Notes: a model not told the origin generated them from the sequence alone. Counted from the stretch's first letter, positions 36,769-52,382 are shown. The stretch is DNA of 64,000 nt from Eledone cirrhosa (GCA_964016885.1 OZ024742.1:194370001-194434000), one strand, 5' to 3'. Translations and numbers: made by a program.

Positions 36769-37442
36769 ACGTATAGCTACGTATGAGTATGTGTGTGTAT
36801 GTGGGTGCACATGTATATATATGTGTGGGTGCGGGTGTATGCATATGTGGGCCTCTATATATGTGTATGTGTATTTGTGTATACATGTATATGTTTGTGT
36901 ACATCTCCCAGAAATGTGTACGGATGGATTATATATCGATTATATATACATTATTACTATTATTTTTATTATTTTTATTATTTTATCATATATTCATTGT
37001 ATATATCCGTATATATATGTATGATTGTGTGTGCATGTATATATAGATATATATATATTATATTGTATACTATATTGATATTTTATGTTATGTTATTTTA
37101 CCGTTATTTTATGTTATATTGTGTTTTTTTATTATATAATGTATTTTTATTTTACGCTTTTGTTTATATATGTATATGTGGGAACATGTATGTGTAAGCA
37201 AATATGCATATGTGCATGTGTCGGCATGTGGCCGTCTGTGTGCGTATGTATATGTAGATGGATATATGTCTGCATGTATATATGTCTGCATGTATATATG
37301 TATGCATGTATATATGTATGCATATTTGTGGGTGTGCGTATGCATGTAGTGGGCTTATATATATATATATATGTGTGTATGTATGTGTGTATATAATTTT
37401 GTGTACGTATGTGTATTTTGTATGTATGTGTGTGCATGGGTG

Positions 37443-37492
<50 letters not shown>

Positions 37493-37519
37493 AGTGTGTG
37501 TGTTTGTATATGTGTGTGT

Positions 37520-37568
<49 letters not shown>

Positions 37569-38059
37569 TGTGCGTAGGTATGTGTGTGTATATGTGTATG
37601 TTTGCGTGGGTCGTGCGTGTCGGACCGCATATATGGCGCGACTTAGACAAGCGCTAATAGGCGGTATCTAGAAGTGGGTGTGCCTGGGTCTGTGGAAGAG
37701 AGGGGGAGTGTGTGCATGTATATATATGTGTGGGTGTGTGGGGGTCTACGCATGTATCCGTACATATGTGTATGCACGCATGTGTCTGTGTCTGCCTGTG
37801 TGTATATGTGTGTGTATATATATGTGTGGGTACATACTCTGGAGTGTGAATAGACGTGTGGGATACCGAACCCAGCATGACTCCATTGAAGTGTGTCGGA
37901 CGGAAAATGGCTGATGACACCTGTAGCAGTAAATAGTGACCAGAAGTTAAGATGACGTGGAGTAACAACACCCATTGGCACAAGAGTTGGAGAGGTTTTT
38001 TTAAGGTGTTTTTTTTATGATAACACACCAGTGATAAAATTTGCTCCGAACGAACTGCC

Positions 38060-38148
38060 CGTGTGTAGGAACCTGCAGCCGTAGAATCAGCCAAATCCAT
38101 ACAGCGACCATGTCTCGAACTCCCTACCGGCGAAACAATTGTGACACG
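38060..38148 (+). ncRNA. Decayed homolog of the 2472-2564 hammerhead
   Basis: cgtgt gtagga...ctcgaact...ccggc GAAA caattg TG acacg; downstream tail also homologous; core and cleavage base mutated. Confidence 0.55.
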
Positions 38149-38354
38149 CAATAAATTGGGTCCAGATGCATCACTGATTTTTCGTTCCCTTATACTATAT
38201 ATATATAATTATAAAATGTGGAGGAGCACACGAGTTGGAATATATCATCATCATCATCATCATCATCATTTTACGTCCGCTTTTCCCTGCTTGCAAGGGT
38301 GGGACGGGTCTTATTCAGCACAGCATCTCTCCATATATTTATATATATGTAAAT

Positions 38355-39765
38355 AGGGAGAAAAAAAACGATTATTAGGAAGAACATTTTTTTTTTTTCC
38401 TTTATTTTTTTCTCTTTTTTCTGGGTTAGAAAATGTTTAAAACAAAATATTTTACTTTGTGTGAAATGTTAAGGTATTAGTTAATTATTTATTAATTAAC
38501 AATAGCATTGATTTATTTAGTTATTAATTTATTTATTTAATAATTGTCAATTACCGGTTTGTATTGGTATAAAATGTAGGAGAGAAAATAAGGTGATGAT
38601 GAACATGTTAAGGAAATGGTAAAGTGTTAAGGTATTAGTTAATTATTTATTAATTAACAATAGCATTGATTGATTTATTTATTAATTTATTTATTTAATA
38701 ATTGTAAATTACCGGTGTGTATTGGTATAAAATGTAGGAGAGAAAATAAAGTGATGTTGAACATGTTAAGGAAATGGGAAAGAAAGAATAATATTATTTA
38801 CAATCAAGGTTTTTGAAGTAAAAAGAAAAAGAATAGCGGGGGGGGGGGGTATGTGAAACATGTTAAGGTAATGGGAAAGAAAGAATAATATTATTTACAG
38901 GCATAGTTCTTGAGGATAAGCAGTTCAAAAAGTGTTATTATGGCAGGAACGCTTAGAGAAGTTGATCCAGAATGGAGACAAATGGTAGTCGGGAGTTGGA
39001 TATGTTTTCCCTTTTCAGAGAGTTAATATGCAGGGGGAGGTAATTCAGGGTGGTTGGGTAGAAGAAAGAGAGGAGAGGGGGTAATTAATTTATATAAAAA
39101 AAGGATTAGGTAGGATGTGAGGGAGGTAACTCTTTAGAGAACGTTGGAATTTGGGCCTTTGGTTCATTGTTCGTTCCAGTTTTCGTTTAGTCCGAAGTTT
39201 AGTCCATTAAGTAGAGGTTGGAATTTGTTAATGAAGTACGTTTCCTTATTGGTACGATGGATGAACGAAGAGTTGTCTATGAATTTGTAAACGGGGATAA
39301 TTTTAAAGTTTGGTTGTTGGTTAGCTGCACAATTGCGATATGTTCACTAAAAGCAATCTTTCTTTATTCTTGTATTTTGATTGGTGATCTATGGACGGTC
39401 ATACGTTGTCCTATGTTGTGCTCCCGACAACCAGAGCAGGTCAAAACATAGATTAGGTTTACAGATGCACGTGAAAAGTTGTATTTAACTGTAAAATGTT
39501 GTCCTTGTTTAAAGTGGAATGTTGAATCTTCTATTAGATTTATGCATATTCCACAGTTTAGCCTTCCGCATTTATTTTTACTGTAGGGTTCATTGTGAGG
39601 GTTGGTTGGATTTTGGCTTGTGTGAGGATGTTTTTTATGGATTTAGGTTGTCTTTTGCTCTTTATGATGTCGTGTGTTTGGAGGATTTTGTTCATTCTTG
39701 TGTCTCCTTTTAGTAAAGGAATGTTCTGGAGGATGGTGTCGAATGCCTCATTGTTGAGGGGTTGT
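38355..39765 (-). mobile_element. Decayed Neptune-like PLE 3' fragment
   Basis: Minus translation ...NFSRASVNLIYVLTCSGCREHNIGQ.. near 39400-39560; long AT-rich UTR with internal ~160-bp duplication (38467-38790). Confidence 0.6.
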
Positions 39766-39789
39766 TACTAGTACTCTTTATCGGTCGCA

Positions 39790-39922
39790 ACTCCAGGTAG
39801 AAGGAACAGCGTGAAATAAAGTGTCTTGCTCAAGGACATAACGCATCGTCCGGTCCAGGAATCAAACTCACAACCTCAAGATCGTGAATCCAATTGTTTA
39901 ACCATTCAGCCACACGCCTTCA
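39790..39922 (-). mobile_element. Second tRNA-derived SINE family (CORE-like)
   Basis: Minus: ggcgtgtggctgaatggttaa...gagtttgattcc...gtccttgagcaagacactttatttcac. Confidence 0.7.
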
Positions 39923-39936
39923 TATTTATATATATA

Positions 39937-40291
39937 CTAGACCACCGGTGACCCGTTGGGCCATGTTCACTTAAAAATAATTTTTAAATAATTAAAATAT
40001 ACACAAAATGTATATAATGTAAAATGACATTGGAAAGCCAATATATATATACACATATGCGTGTATGTGTGTGTGTGTATGTACGTATATATATATATGT
40101 ATGTTTGTATGTGGGGGTTTCTGTGGCCTATATACACTGGTCACAGACACACATACACATACATCCTGTCCTAACACAAATTATAAGATACATATAACTT
40201 AATATTCAGTCACCAAATTCCAGCTCGATACAGTAATGCTGTATTCAATTCTTTGAAGTCACTTGTCATAATGTCATTTAACAACACCACC

Positions 40292-40345
<54 letters not shown>

Positions 40346-43300
40346 ACCACTATCTGCGTTTGTATTCACATTTCAATGGTACCTTACTTTCAAAGAATGT
40401 TTCCATTATGCGCTGATTTGGCTACTTATAAAGGTACCGGAAAAAACACGCGTATCTCGGGAACCCGTGGTCCGATTTACGTGAAACTTGTCTTTTCACT
40501 GTATTATTCACAAGTATTTTCACAAAGAAAATATCAAATCATTTTTCACTAATAGCTATCCAATCACTCCACTTAAAAATTCTATTTTCTATATCTCTAT
40601 GGATGCTTGATTGTTGGTTCTGAAAGATTTTTCTGCTTAAAAAGTTGCAATGTTAAAGAAAAGCTGGTTTTATTTAGAAAAATTTGAAAGAAATTATTCT
40701 TACTTCTCTTAATTTTTCCTTTTCCTTTCATTTTCTGACGTCGGAATCAACATTTTCTCATATTTCCGCTGTTACAGTTTGTTCAAGAGAATGCTTTTGA
40801 TGACAACATTCTTAGTTGATTGGGTATCCTTCAGAAACACTCTGAGATTTTCTTTTCGTTTTCCGCGGCTAAGGGCTACATACAGTTGACCGTGTTGGAA
40901 TACAGGTCGTTCCAGATAAACCAAGACGTTTTCCATAGTTTGTCCTTGTGCTTTATGAATAGTCATAGCGAAGCACGACTGAAGCACCATCACTCACAGC
41001 ATTATAGGATCGGTACTCTTTTATGGTTCCAGGGAAGCGTCTGATACAGGTGGAATTGATGCTTCTCATCATTTCATTGAAAGGTACTAAGATGCAATTG
41101 TTCGAAAACACTTCAGCTGGATTGTCGAATGAGGGGTAGATGAAATCAATACATTCTTCCATGGTTGTTGCTTGGAGAACCATTTCTTTTGGCAAAATAA
41201 TTTCCTAATTTTCAGGGGTTTTTTATCTTATCTTCTCCAATATCCAATAGGAACTGTGAATAGTCTCCTGCTCCCCCACCCAATCGCATGTTTGTCTTCA
41301 ACTGAAATGTTTTGAAGCTTCGACATAAGTATGATTTTTTTAATGCAGGCGTTTTCCACGTTCGCTTCATTTCCCCTTTTCACTACCGGAAGAAGCTGAC
41401 GGAAATCGCCACAACAATTGTCAAAATTCCACCGAATGCCTCATTGTTGTCGCATATGTCACGCAGAGTGAGGTCAACAGCTTCGAAGCTTTCCCTCCGA
41501 ATCATAGGACACTCATCCCAACCAAACAATCAGCCTTGTATGCTGGAAAAGGTTTGCCGTCTTTGAGTTTTTATCAATGTTGCACAGAACATTTTCTTTC
41601 ACTACTATCGGTATTTTGAACCTAGAATGTGCTGTTCTCCCACCATGCATCAGTGTTGCGGCAATGCCAGATTAGGCAACATCAATAGCCACGTTACCGT
41701 TTCCCCTGAATTTTGAACGAATTAAGTTAATCAGAAATGTTTTTCCTGTTCCACCTGGAGCGTCAATGAAAATCAATGCAGATGTGTTCGTCTCTAAACT
41801 GTTACAAACGAAGTCGTACACGTGTTTTTGTTCACTATTCAATAGAGGCCCCGTCTCTTCTACAAATCGTCGCTGCTCTTCTCTGGTGTATTGCAATTCA
41901 TGCAATAACTCCAAATTGCCAATATCCTCATTAGCAACAATATTAATTGGCCTTGACAAGTTAAAGTCACTAAGACTTTTGCCCAGGTCGTTAAGTTTGT
42001 CTTCAAAATACAGAAGACATTGATCATCATAACTCTCGTTAATCAAAAGGTTAGAGCTTCTGGTAGTCCTTTTTTCTATTTGAAGGTAATCCTCAGACAG
42101 CAAATTCTTAAATCGAACCCATAAAGCACTGGAATTGTCAATTTCCGTATTTGTGAGGAGCACGATGAATAGATCTCTCATGTTTTGGGAAGCCTTGGTC
42201 GCTCAGCATCTTCCAGAGTCTGCTGCCAATGAACATCCGATTGAAGCAAACCTTTCTCTCTGCAGACGTCTTTGAATAATGGAAGGAGTTTTCCATCACA
42301 CATTTTCAAAAAGTTGAAGGATACTGGCCCTTTGACGTGATGCAGAAGGTGTCTTAAATAATACAGGTCATCACTCCGTGGAAGAAACAGTGCATACTCT
42401 TCCCAAAACGTTCGCCTCAAAAATCCCTGGATACTGCTCAACTATTTTCCCCACCTTTCTCCTTTCCCATCTCTTATTACTCCAAGTTTAAAACTTTGGC
42501 ACATCGGCATAATACGATGTTTTTGAAAACGGATCGCGATCGCAAAGATCCATGAACTCAGTCCGAGTCGTCTTAGCCATGTTATTGTTTACTTTAACAA
42601 CAGCACTGACCCGAAAGAAGATTTGATTTTCCGCAGGTAGATGAACTTGAAGGTGAACTACGACCGGTTCTCTCTCATGAATTGGAAATCCAAGTACCAA
42701 GGCAACAGCTTCTGAAGGACCGATATATCCTCCTGTTAAATACTGTATTATCTCATCCTCCCTGTTCCCTCCAAACATTGCCTGACCACTGCCCTTCATG
42801 GTATATTTGATAACGTATTTGATCGATTTCACGGAAGAGCACATCTCTACGTTTAGGAGGCAGTTGAACACTTTTAATAGTTTCATATTGTAGGGAACCA
42901 CCCATTCCGAAGTTATATTTCGGCTTCCCCTTCCTTCTTGGTGCCCCTCAAATCCTCCCATTCCTGGAGACCGTCTTCTGTACACAAGATAAGAGTCTTC
43001 TACACACAATGTATATTCATTGAAAGGCTTAGGGTACCGCTTACTGCACGTTCCATCTTTCCAACACAGCGAATTGTTAGAGCAATTCGGACCGTGGATC
43101 ATGTGCTTCAGCACCAATTCATGACCCTCTGGATCTTTGTTTGGATCTGGTATTTCGGCTTGAACAAATTTATCATATTCCTGCGGTCTGGGCTTGGAGG
43201 CTTCAATGAGCCATAGCAAACAGAGCCCATGAGGAAGACATCGCTTTTGATATTCGACTGTCAGCACGTAAGCTATGCACTTGCCAAATAGGCCATCTAC

Positions 43301-45558
43301 TCCAGTAAGATACTTTCTTAACAGTTTCCGCTTCAGGTCAAATACTCTGGCAATTAAATCTGGCCTGTCGTGTGGCTTCTGATTCAGGAATAGGTTTTGC
43401 CGGATTTCAGGCCAGTTTTGATTGCATGTCATTGTGATGAAGAAAGAAGGATTGCCGTACTTCCGTATGTACATCATGGCATCCTGGCATCGCTCCATCA
43501 TATATCTCGGTCCACCGACAAATGTGGAAGAGAGTATGATTCGCCTGCCAATATTGCGAAAATCACCATCATCATTCAATGCGTCAAGAAGGCCCTTGTA
43601 TGTTGTAGATCGCAATGATGTTTGATTCATTCGGACGTATTGCAGTCTATCTCCTTCAATCTTCGCAGCCATGTCAACCAAATATTGCTGAAATAAACGA
43701 CCGCCTCTGAGAAGTTGGTTGAATTAATTCTTATGGTTCATTATTCGATATGCATAGTAGCGCATTGGCGTCAACTTCTTGTTGTTGTTCATTAACAGCT
43801 CATGATGCTATCCGTCATCGCCAAAAGGAAAAAGTAGAACATACTGCAAACTGTCATAGGACCGATGGAACTCTGAGATTATTTCCAATTGTCCGCCCCT
43901 TTCTTTCAACACAATGTACCGTGCTTTTGCTTGAAGTTCGGTGTTGTTTTGTATAATAACGGCCACTTCGTTTGCAGTTTGTGCATTGATCTTCTCTCAT
44001 GTTCCATTGCTGGCCTCCTGTCAGGATCAATAATAATCGAAGATTCGGGAATATTTTTAATCTGTTCTTTTGCATGAAGCAGCGTAAGGGTTATATTGTC
44101 TGAGTATTATTTCCAATAATTCAACTATGTCGCGCTAAATGCCATCGTTATGGAGTATCCTGATCCTCAAATCAACACTATCCTGAGGATCCAAGAAGTA
44201 AATTTGAAGAAATTGGGGTTGTTCGTTGGGATTAGGGGTTAAGGAACCGATGTAATGGTGAATTTGACCATGAATAACGATAGAAAGATTCCATCCACTC
44301 CTTGAGGAACGAACTACTTCGGCCCCAAAAGATGTCATTTGGAACAGCCAGTTGTATTGCTGAGGTCGTTCCTAAACTCGTTTGCCCTAGGTTGATCAGT
44401 ACTAAATAAACTGTGAAGTTCCTGGGGTAATGGCTGCAGATTCCCCAACCTGACTTCATGCAGCAAAAGTTCGCAGTTTCACTATGAAAAATGATTGCAT
44501 GACAACAGACACAGATCTTATTCATCTGTCCAACATCAGCAGAGAGATCACGTCGTTGAACTATCCTTGCTCTATCCCTAATGGTTTTTTGGCAAAGACG
44601 TTCATTTCTCCGACCATCCGATTCACGATCTCTCCTGCTTCCGTCTCTTTCCCTCTGTTCCGCCAGACGCGCAGCCCTTGCTATATCAGTCTCATCGATC
44701 CTTCTATTCGCATGGCTGTCCCGATCTTGTTGGCGTTGTCCACTATCTTGCTCACCTTCCCCGACTCTCCTTAGCCGTGCTTTCTTTCCCCTATCAACAG
44801 ACCAACCAGATGTTTTCTTTCTTCCTCGCCGAGGCATTATTTAAGAATCTAAGATCGTATTCACCTTGGAAAAAATTCCTAATACCTCAACAAATATTTT
44901 TTTTAAATCATCATTTAGAAATATTTCTAAATAATGAAAATATTGTCTGTTTAAACAACTCGTATTTTTCAAATCATATTCACTTAAAAAATACTTATTA
45001 ATAATTAAAATATTCTGTTTAAAGAAAGCTGAAATATATATACTCGGTGTACAAATAATTTGTAATTTTTATGTCATTTTCACTTAAGAATATTTTCTGA
45101 ATATGCCAAGAAATATTTTTTCCATCGTATTCACTTGAAAATATTTTTAAAAAAATGAAGATATTGTCTATGTATTTACACAAATTCACTTTAAAATATT
45201 TCTAAATAATTGAAATATTCTTTTTAACAAAAGCAAAAATATAAACACCTACTGTTTAACACCAACTGGTATTTTTCAGTGATATTCACTTAATGCTATT
45301 CTGATAATTAAAACATTGTCTGTTTAAAGAAAGCTCAAATATAGATACTTGAAGTACAAACAACTTGGAGCTTTGAAATCATATTCACTGAGAAATCACT
45401 GAAAAATCTTTTTTTAATAATTATTAAAAATATTTCTCGACTGATGAAAATAGGTTATGTTTATTTACATCAAACTTGTTTTATCCCAATTTCAGGGTTA
45501 TGTCACCTACAGGGCTATTTTTCCATTGTGCACCGTTTTGGGTATTTACGAAGGTATC

Positions 45559-45593
<35 letters not shown>

Positions 45594-46304
45594 TATATAT
45601 ATATATATATATATATGTCTCTAACTTAAGTACTGTTACACACATTCACATATACACACACATGTCTCTAAGTACGTAAACACATGCACTGGGACACATA
45701 AACATACACATATACACGGTGGCAGTATAACTGCGAAAGAGAGAGAAAGAAATAACGTTATGGATAGGGGGGAAATTTAAAATAAATAAAAATTAAGGAC
45801 CCTCACTCTCTCTTTCTCTCTCTCACCCCCTCTCTGTCTCTCTTACCTACAGAATGGACAAAACAAAAAACAAACGGATTATTTCTTTCGATATTCATTA
45901 TAAAATAAGATAAATTGAATTTAGATGAATTCCTTGCTATATTTGGAAAATTGAAAATATTTTCCATGAGCGATTTACGCCAAACTTGTTTTATTCAGAG
46001 TATTTTCTCATTATGCAATGTTTTCGCTATTTACGAAGTTTAGCAGGGTTATGTTAATTTCGAGATATTTTCCCAGTATGCACCGTTGTGGCTATTTACG
46101 AAGGTACCCCCAAAACCCGGGAATCTCGGGAACACGGGGTCATATTTTCGCGAAACTTGTTCATTCAATTTGTATTCCCATTTCAGAGGCAACTTCCTTT
46201 CAAAGTATTTACCCATTATGCGCCGTTTTGGGTCTATTACATAGCAGACAAGCAAGCACGCAAGCAAGAACGCAAGATCAGAGTTTTAGTAGTATATAAA
46301 TAGA
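39937..46304 (-). mobile_element. Full-length decayed autonomous Helitron (RepHel)
   Basis: 5' A|TC at 46304, 3' hairpin ggccc-aac-gggtc plus CTAG|T at 39937; RepHel reading frame 44837-40772. Confidence 0.88.
40772..44837 (-). pseudogene. Helitron RepHel (HUH Rep + PIF1 helicase), multiple frameshifts
   Basis: FITMTCNQNWPEI, VEYQKRCLPHGL (HUH damaged), IKYVIKYTMKG, FIDAPGGTGKTF, AMTIHKAQGQT, HGQLYVALSR. Confidence 0.93.
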
Positions 46305-46484
46305 TATACATATATATATACACATATATATGACAAGAAGGAAGAAGAAGAATATACACACACACACACATATATATATATATATTATATATATATACAC
46401 ATATATGTGTGTGTGTATGTGTATATATATATATGTGTATGCATATATATAGTTGAAATTGAAAGTTCGAATAGGGAGAGAGCA

Positions 46485-46579
<95 letters not shown>

Positions 46580-46713
46580 ACAAGAGTGTTGTTTGTCTTA
46601 GTTGTTACGTAGTAACTTCCTGGTGATAGGAAGGTCCTAGCGATCCAAAGAGCTACACGTCTGTAGTTCATCCTAGGAAGATTATATTGAATGACGGAGT
46701 ATTCATTTATGAA

Positions 46714-46885
46714 ATAATTGTTTCTACTTTTGACACAAGGCCAGCAATTAATCCAGTGTAAGACTGGTACTTTATTTTATCGACCCCGTAAGGATGAAAG
46801 GCAAAGTTAACCTCGGCGGGATTTGATCTCAGATCATAAAGGGCCGTAACTCTTTGCTGCAAAGCATGACATCCGACCCTCTACC
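46714..46885 (-). mobile_element. tRNA-derived SINE
   Basis: ctggtactttattttatcgaccccgtaaggatgaaaggcaaagttaacctcggcgggatttgatctc. Confidence 0.8.
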
Positions 46886-46914
46886 GATACTGACAATCCA
46901 CCGCTTATTCATGT

Positions 46915-47190
46915 ATCAAATAATGGTAGGTAAGACGGGATTAATTCACTATAATTGTTTATTGCATTATATATATTTCTTTTACATGGCCATTCGCGTG
47001 ACTTCGTCAGATGCTTACGCAATCACTACTAGGTGGACGTGCATGGTCACCGGCATATCACAATGATTGCACAACTGCACCAATAATTGCGAATGCATCT
47101 AAGTCACATGAATAACCATGTAACAGAAATATATATATTGCAATAAACAATTATGATGATTTAATACCGTCTTAACTACCACTATTTGAT
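46915..47190. repeat. Diverged fold-back element with a hammerhead in each arm
   Basis: atcaaataatggtaggtaagacgg...ttacatgg...gtgactt..agatgc mirrored by gcatct aagtcac...ccatgtaa...ccgtcttaactaccactatttgat. Confidence 0.8.
46964..47014 (-). ncRNA. Minimal hammerhead motif (core intact, stem II decayed)
   Basis: Minus: gcat CTGACGA agtcacgcgaatggccatgtaaaa GAAA tatata TA atgc. Confidence 0.6.
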
Positions 47191-47193
47191 TGA

Positions 47194-47263
<70 letters not shown>

Positions 47264-47296
47264 GTCTTAACTACCACTATTTGATTGATATATATA

Positions 47297-47328
<32 letters not shown>

Positions 47329-47331
<3 letters not shown>

Positions 47332-47934
47332 TGGCTGCCAACTCGTTTTCGAGTACGACCACTACTTTATATCCATGTAGGAGAACCCCTACCGATGCGC
47401 TGAACGAGTGTGAATTTTTAGTCCAGCCAGCGACTTGAACACTCTGGTACAATCACTACATTTGTGACAATTATTGACACAGTGCTGGGCCCAGGTACCA
47501 TGTGACGGCAAGTGCAGAGAGATCTCCAGATATAAAGCAATGCCTGTGCCGTGAAGCTTTTATAGTGAGCAAAGGCACTGCACAAAGCCAGTCCCACTCA
47601 CTTAATCAAGATGATATTTACCAAAAAGAAGAACAAGTCAACATCATTGGATACCATCAGGGTTGAAGGTGTTATATCAGAGTTTTCCTTCTCCTAGAAT
47701 TCTGCCTTGACACAGGCTAAGGGGTCATCTCTCCCAGTGATTTGGGATGGCCATTGACTCTTAAGAGCTCCTTTGCCCTTTGACAGGTTTTGTTTTTAGT
47801 CCTGCAGGATGTCCAAAGTCACCCTCCTCACCAAGAAACCTTGGTGGGGTTGCCAGTTTAGTCGCCAACGACCCGACCATGAGACAGGTTGTACTGGGAT
47901 ACATGTTACCAGTAGCACCAACTGGTGACCTGAC
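47329..47934 (-). mobile_element. RTE-related non-coding fragment (5' UTR-like) between (TA)n tracts
   Basis: Minus ctaggagaaggaaaactctgat resembles RTE 5' ctaggagagtgaccactctgat at ~6162; aagcaatgcctgtgc..tgaagctttt shared with ~62127. Confidence 0.45.
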
Positions 47935-47952
47935 ATATATATATACATACAA

Positions 47953-48007
<55 letters not shown>

Positions 48008-48059
48008 CATACATACATACATACATACATACATACGTACACTACACACACATATGTAT

Positions 48060-48093
<34 letters not shown>

Positions 48094-48115
48094 TATGCTT
48101 GTATGCATATATATA

Positions 48116-48989
<874 letters not shown>

Positions 48990-48997
48990 TTATATAT

Positions 48998-49034
<37 letters not shown>

Positions 49035-50018
49035 ATCTCTCCCTGTGTGTGTGTGTCTGTATGTATGTCCATATGTATGTATGTATATATGTATTTATGT
49101 AAGTATATAGGTATGTATATATGTACGTGTGTAAGTATATATGTATGTAAGTATATAGGTATGTATGTATGATCTTCTGGTTTCATAATTTTATAAATGT
49201 TTACCAATAGAGTCAGACTCGGTTTCTAACATAGACACGAAACTCTCTCGTTTGAATTTAAACAACATCAACTAGGTAGATATGTATGCATGCATGTGTG
49301 TGCAGATATGGATGTTATTGTATGTGTGGATGTGTATGTTTTGAGTTAAATGTGTGCATAAGCATATGTCATGTACATGACTACATGCGGTTATTGTATG
49401 TATGCTTATATGTATGTATACAGGAAACTGGGATAACTCCGACATAAAATCTGTGGCTCAGTAGTTACCGATGATGTTGATCTTTTCTTCTTTTCAGGTT
49501 TCAGCTGTTGTCGCTAAGAGAGTGGGATTGGCTCAGTGCATAGTCTTTCCTCACTTTAAAAAGAATCTTCACGCACAGGTATTGCAGGATAGAATTAATG
49601 AGGGGTCAGCCATCGTGTGTGTATGTATAGAGTCTTTTCTCAGCAGTTTCATCGATATGCTTAGTGCTGTTCTTATGTGTCGTCCCTTAACTCCTGATGA
49701 TGTTGACGGAGCACTATTGCCTTTTCTGAAACTTGGTAGATAGTGCTCCCTTTCTATGTTGGGTGACAGCCGATTTCTTCCAGCAAAGAGTGGAGAGAAT
49801 ATGAGATAGAGATATCGGGAGAGAAGCAGTCCCAGTAGCAGACTTATACCTTTGTATCCTCGAAAGGATGAAAAATCAAAATTGACCTTAAGTCGATTTG
49901 AGCGCAAATCGTTCTATGATATGGTCTAAAGACGCTACCAATTTACCTCTTGCTCTCATTATATACATTGAATGTATATTAAGCCGACCCGATCCTTCAA
50001 ATTATGCATCTACTTCAT

Positions 50019-50220
<202 letters not shown>

Positions 50221-51251
50221 ACTCTCACTAGTTTCAATGTGTTGGCTCTCAATTTCAAACTTAATGTTCTGTCCTTATATACATTCACTGTATTATAAGT
50301 CATTCGAATTCATGATGCTATTTCTTCACACAGTTGTTAGTTTTCCTCTTCCTATCTTCCAATTTAATTTACATCCAATTAATATTCGCTGTAAACCATT
50401 CTTTCGCCTAATTAAACTACTTCTGTAGTAACGCGGCTATAAATTTGTAAATGTACAATGTAGCTTCAAAATCAGGTACTTTGCTAATTACCTAACTGAC
50501 ATTTATACATATTAAGCCGCTAGTGTAAAATACTATTACACAATAATGCATAAGCTGCAGTGACCTACATATGCAACAAAACCAACATCAATAATAATTG
50601 TAAGGATAATTTCTAACACTGTGGTAAGGTTAGAATGTTTTAATAAAGGGGAATAACTAACTATAATGACACAAGTATGCCAGAACTATTAATCTAAAAT
50701 TTGAATTAAGACTTTGAAGGAAAACATAATCGAATAAAAAGGTTTCATATTATTGAATTATGTTAAAAAAAAGAATCTTTGATAATTTTAAGATGGATTA
50801 AATTGATTTGAATACATTTGGAATGCTTAACACAGATGTCGACAGATAACATGACGGTTTATGGAATGGTGCTTTTGAGACTGGGGAAACTATGGTTTCA
50901 AAAAAATAAAACGGACTCGTTTTCCGCAATATTCTGTTTAATATTATATTGGAAATAAATTGATCTTAATTACGATTAATTTAAATTAGAAGGTGATTTC
51001 TCCTCCAATATGACTGACTGAGCACACACTTGTTTCTCCCAGAAAAATGTTTCCCTTTCCCTTTTCTTCTCACGTATTTAAATTTCTTGGAATAAAATTT
51101 AAACAATAGTTGGCAATCCAAAGATCGTGGTTTCGATTCAAATCGTGTGGACAAAAATACTTCACTGATTGGTATTCATAAAAAACCCCAATTATTTTTA
51201 AGTGAACGTGGTCTAGTGTTGAATAAAATCATAACTAAAAATACTTCTGGA

Positions 51252-51388
51252 ATTTTCATTTAACTGACCCTTCTGTATTTTCTTTTAACCGATTCTCTTG
51301 TATTTTCTTTTAACTGATCTTCCTTTATTTTCTTTTAACTGATCCACCTTTATTTTCTATTAACTGATCCTCCTGTATTTCCTTTAAC
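51252..51388. repeat. 25-bp minisatellite, ~5.5 copies
   Basis: Consensus attttcttttaactgatcctcctgt. Confidence 0.85.
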
Positions 51389-51741
51389 AAAAGTCAGGAT
51401 CTGTTTAGCACACCCTCATATATATTTGTGTGCGTGCCTCTGCTTTTTGTGTGCATTAATGCTTTTATTATTCATTTCAAACTTAAACTATATGCATTGA
51501 TATAGTTTTTATCCGTTATTATTCTTAGCATACATAAATCTTAATACAAGTGGTTTCTATTTTTAAGTATTGGTATTGATTGTATTGTTCTGATATGCAT
51601 TTGAATAAGGTGACTGACATACATCCATATTTCGTCTTAGCTTTGAAATAGTAGCTCGACACTTCTAAGAGGTTACACGAAGTATTATGATCACTCTATA
51701 AATGTCAATTTTTATCTAATATTAATATTAAAATAACAATG

Positions 51742-51794
<53 letters not shown>

Positions 51795-51798
51795 CATT

Positions 51799-51841
<43 letters not shown>

Positions 51842-51988
51842 TAAACCACCCGTGACTCTTTGGGTCAGGCTCAGTTCAAAATATTTCTTTTTGAATCATG
51901 TTCATTTAAATAAAAACATTTCTAAACAATTAAAATATACACAGGCATGTGTATAGTGTGAAATGAAACTGTGAAATGAAACTGTGTT

Positions 51989-52032
<44 letters not shown>

Positions 52033-52035
<3 letters not shown>

Positions 52036-52227
52036 CAAATGGTAAGGTAACAGATTGTAAGGAACCAGATGGACCATAACGCACCAGATTACTCAATACT
52101 TAGAGTAGTAGAGTGTGAAATAGGAAAAAGTATGACCCCGACGGCAGAGCTCAAGCCGTTTAGACGGCTATTTCTGGAAATACTCCAGAAATAGCCGTCG
52201 AAACGGCTTAAGGTCTGCCCTCGGGGT
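52033..52227. mobile_element. Second fold-back copy of the 25897-family PLE terminus
   Basis: accccgacggcagagctcaagccgtttagacggctatttctgga-aatac-tccagaaatagccgtcgaaacggcttaaggtctgccctcggggt. Confidence 0.8.
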
Positions 52228-52255
52228 AATATTTTTTTATATATATGTATATATA

Positions 52256-52325
52256 TATAAGTATGTATACGTACATACATATATGTATACAGACGTACAG
52301 TAGTATGTATAGATATACATACATG

Positions 52326-52382
<57 letters not shown>

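Noticed and set aside
37911-37935. CTGATGA cacctgtagcag
   Set aside because: No GAAA or stem closure downstream
49483-49743. Polypyrimidine-AG followed by VSAVVAKR..., considered as GPCR exon 2
   Set aside because: No TM3 or DRY/ERW motif and no similarity to orexin receptors
51252-51388. CRISPR-like array
   Set aside because: Contiguous 25-bp minisatellite with no spacers, in eukaryotic context
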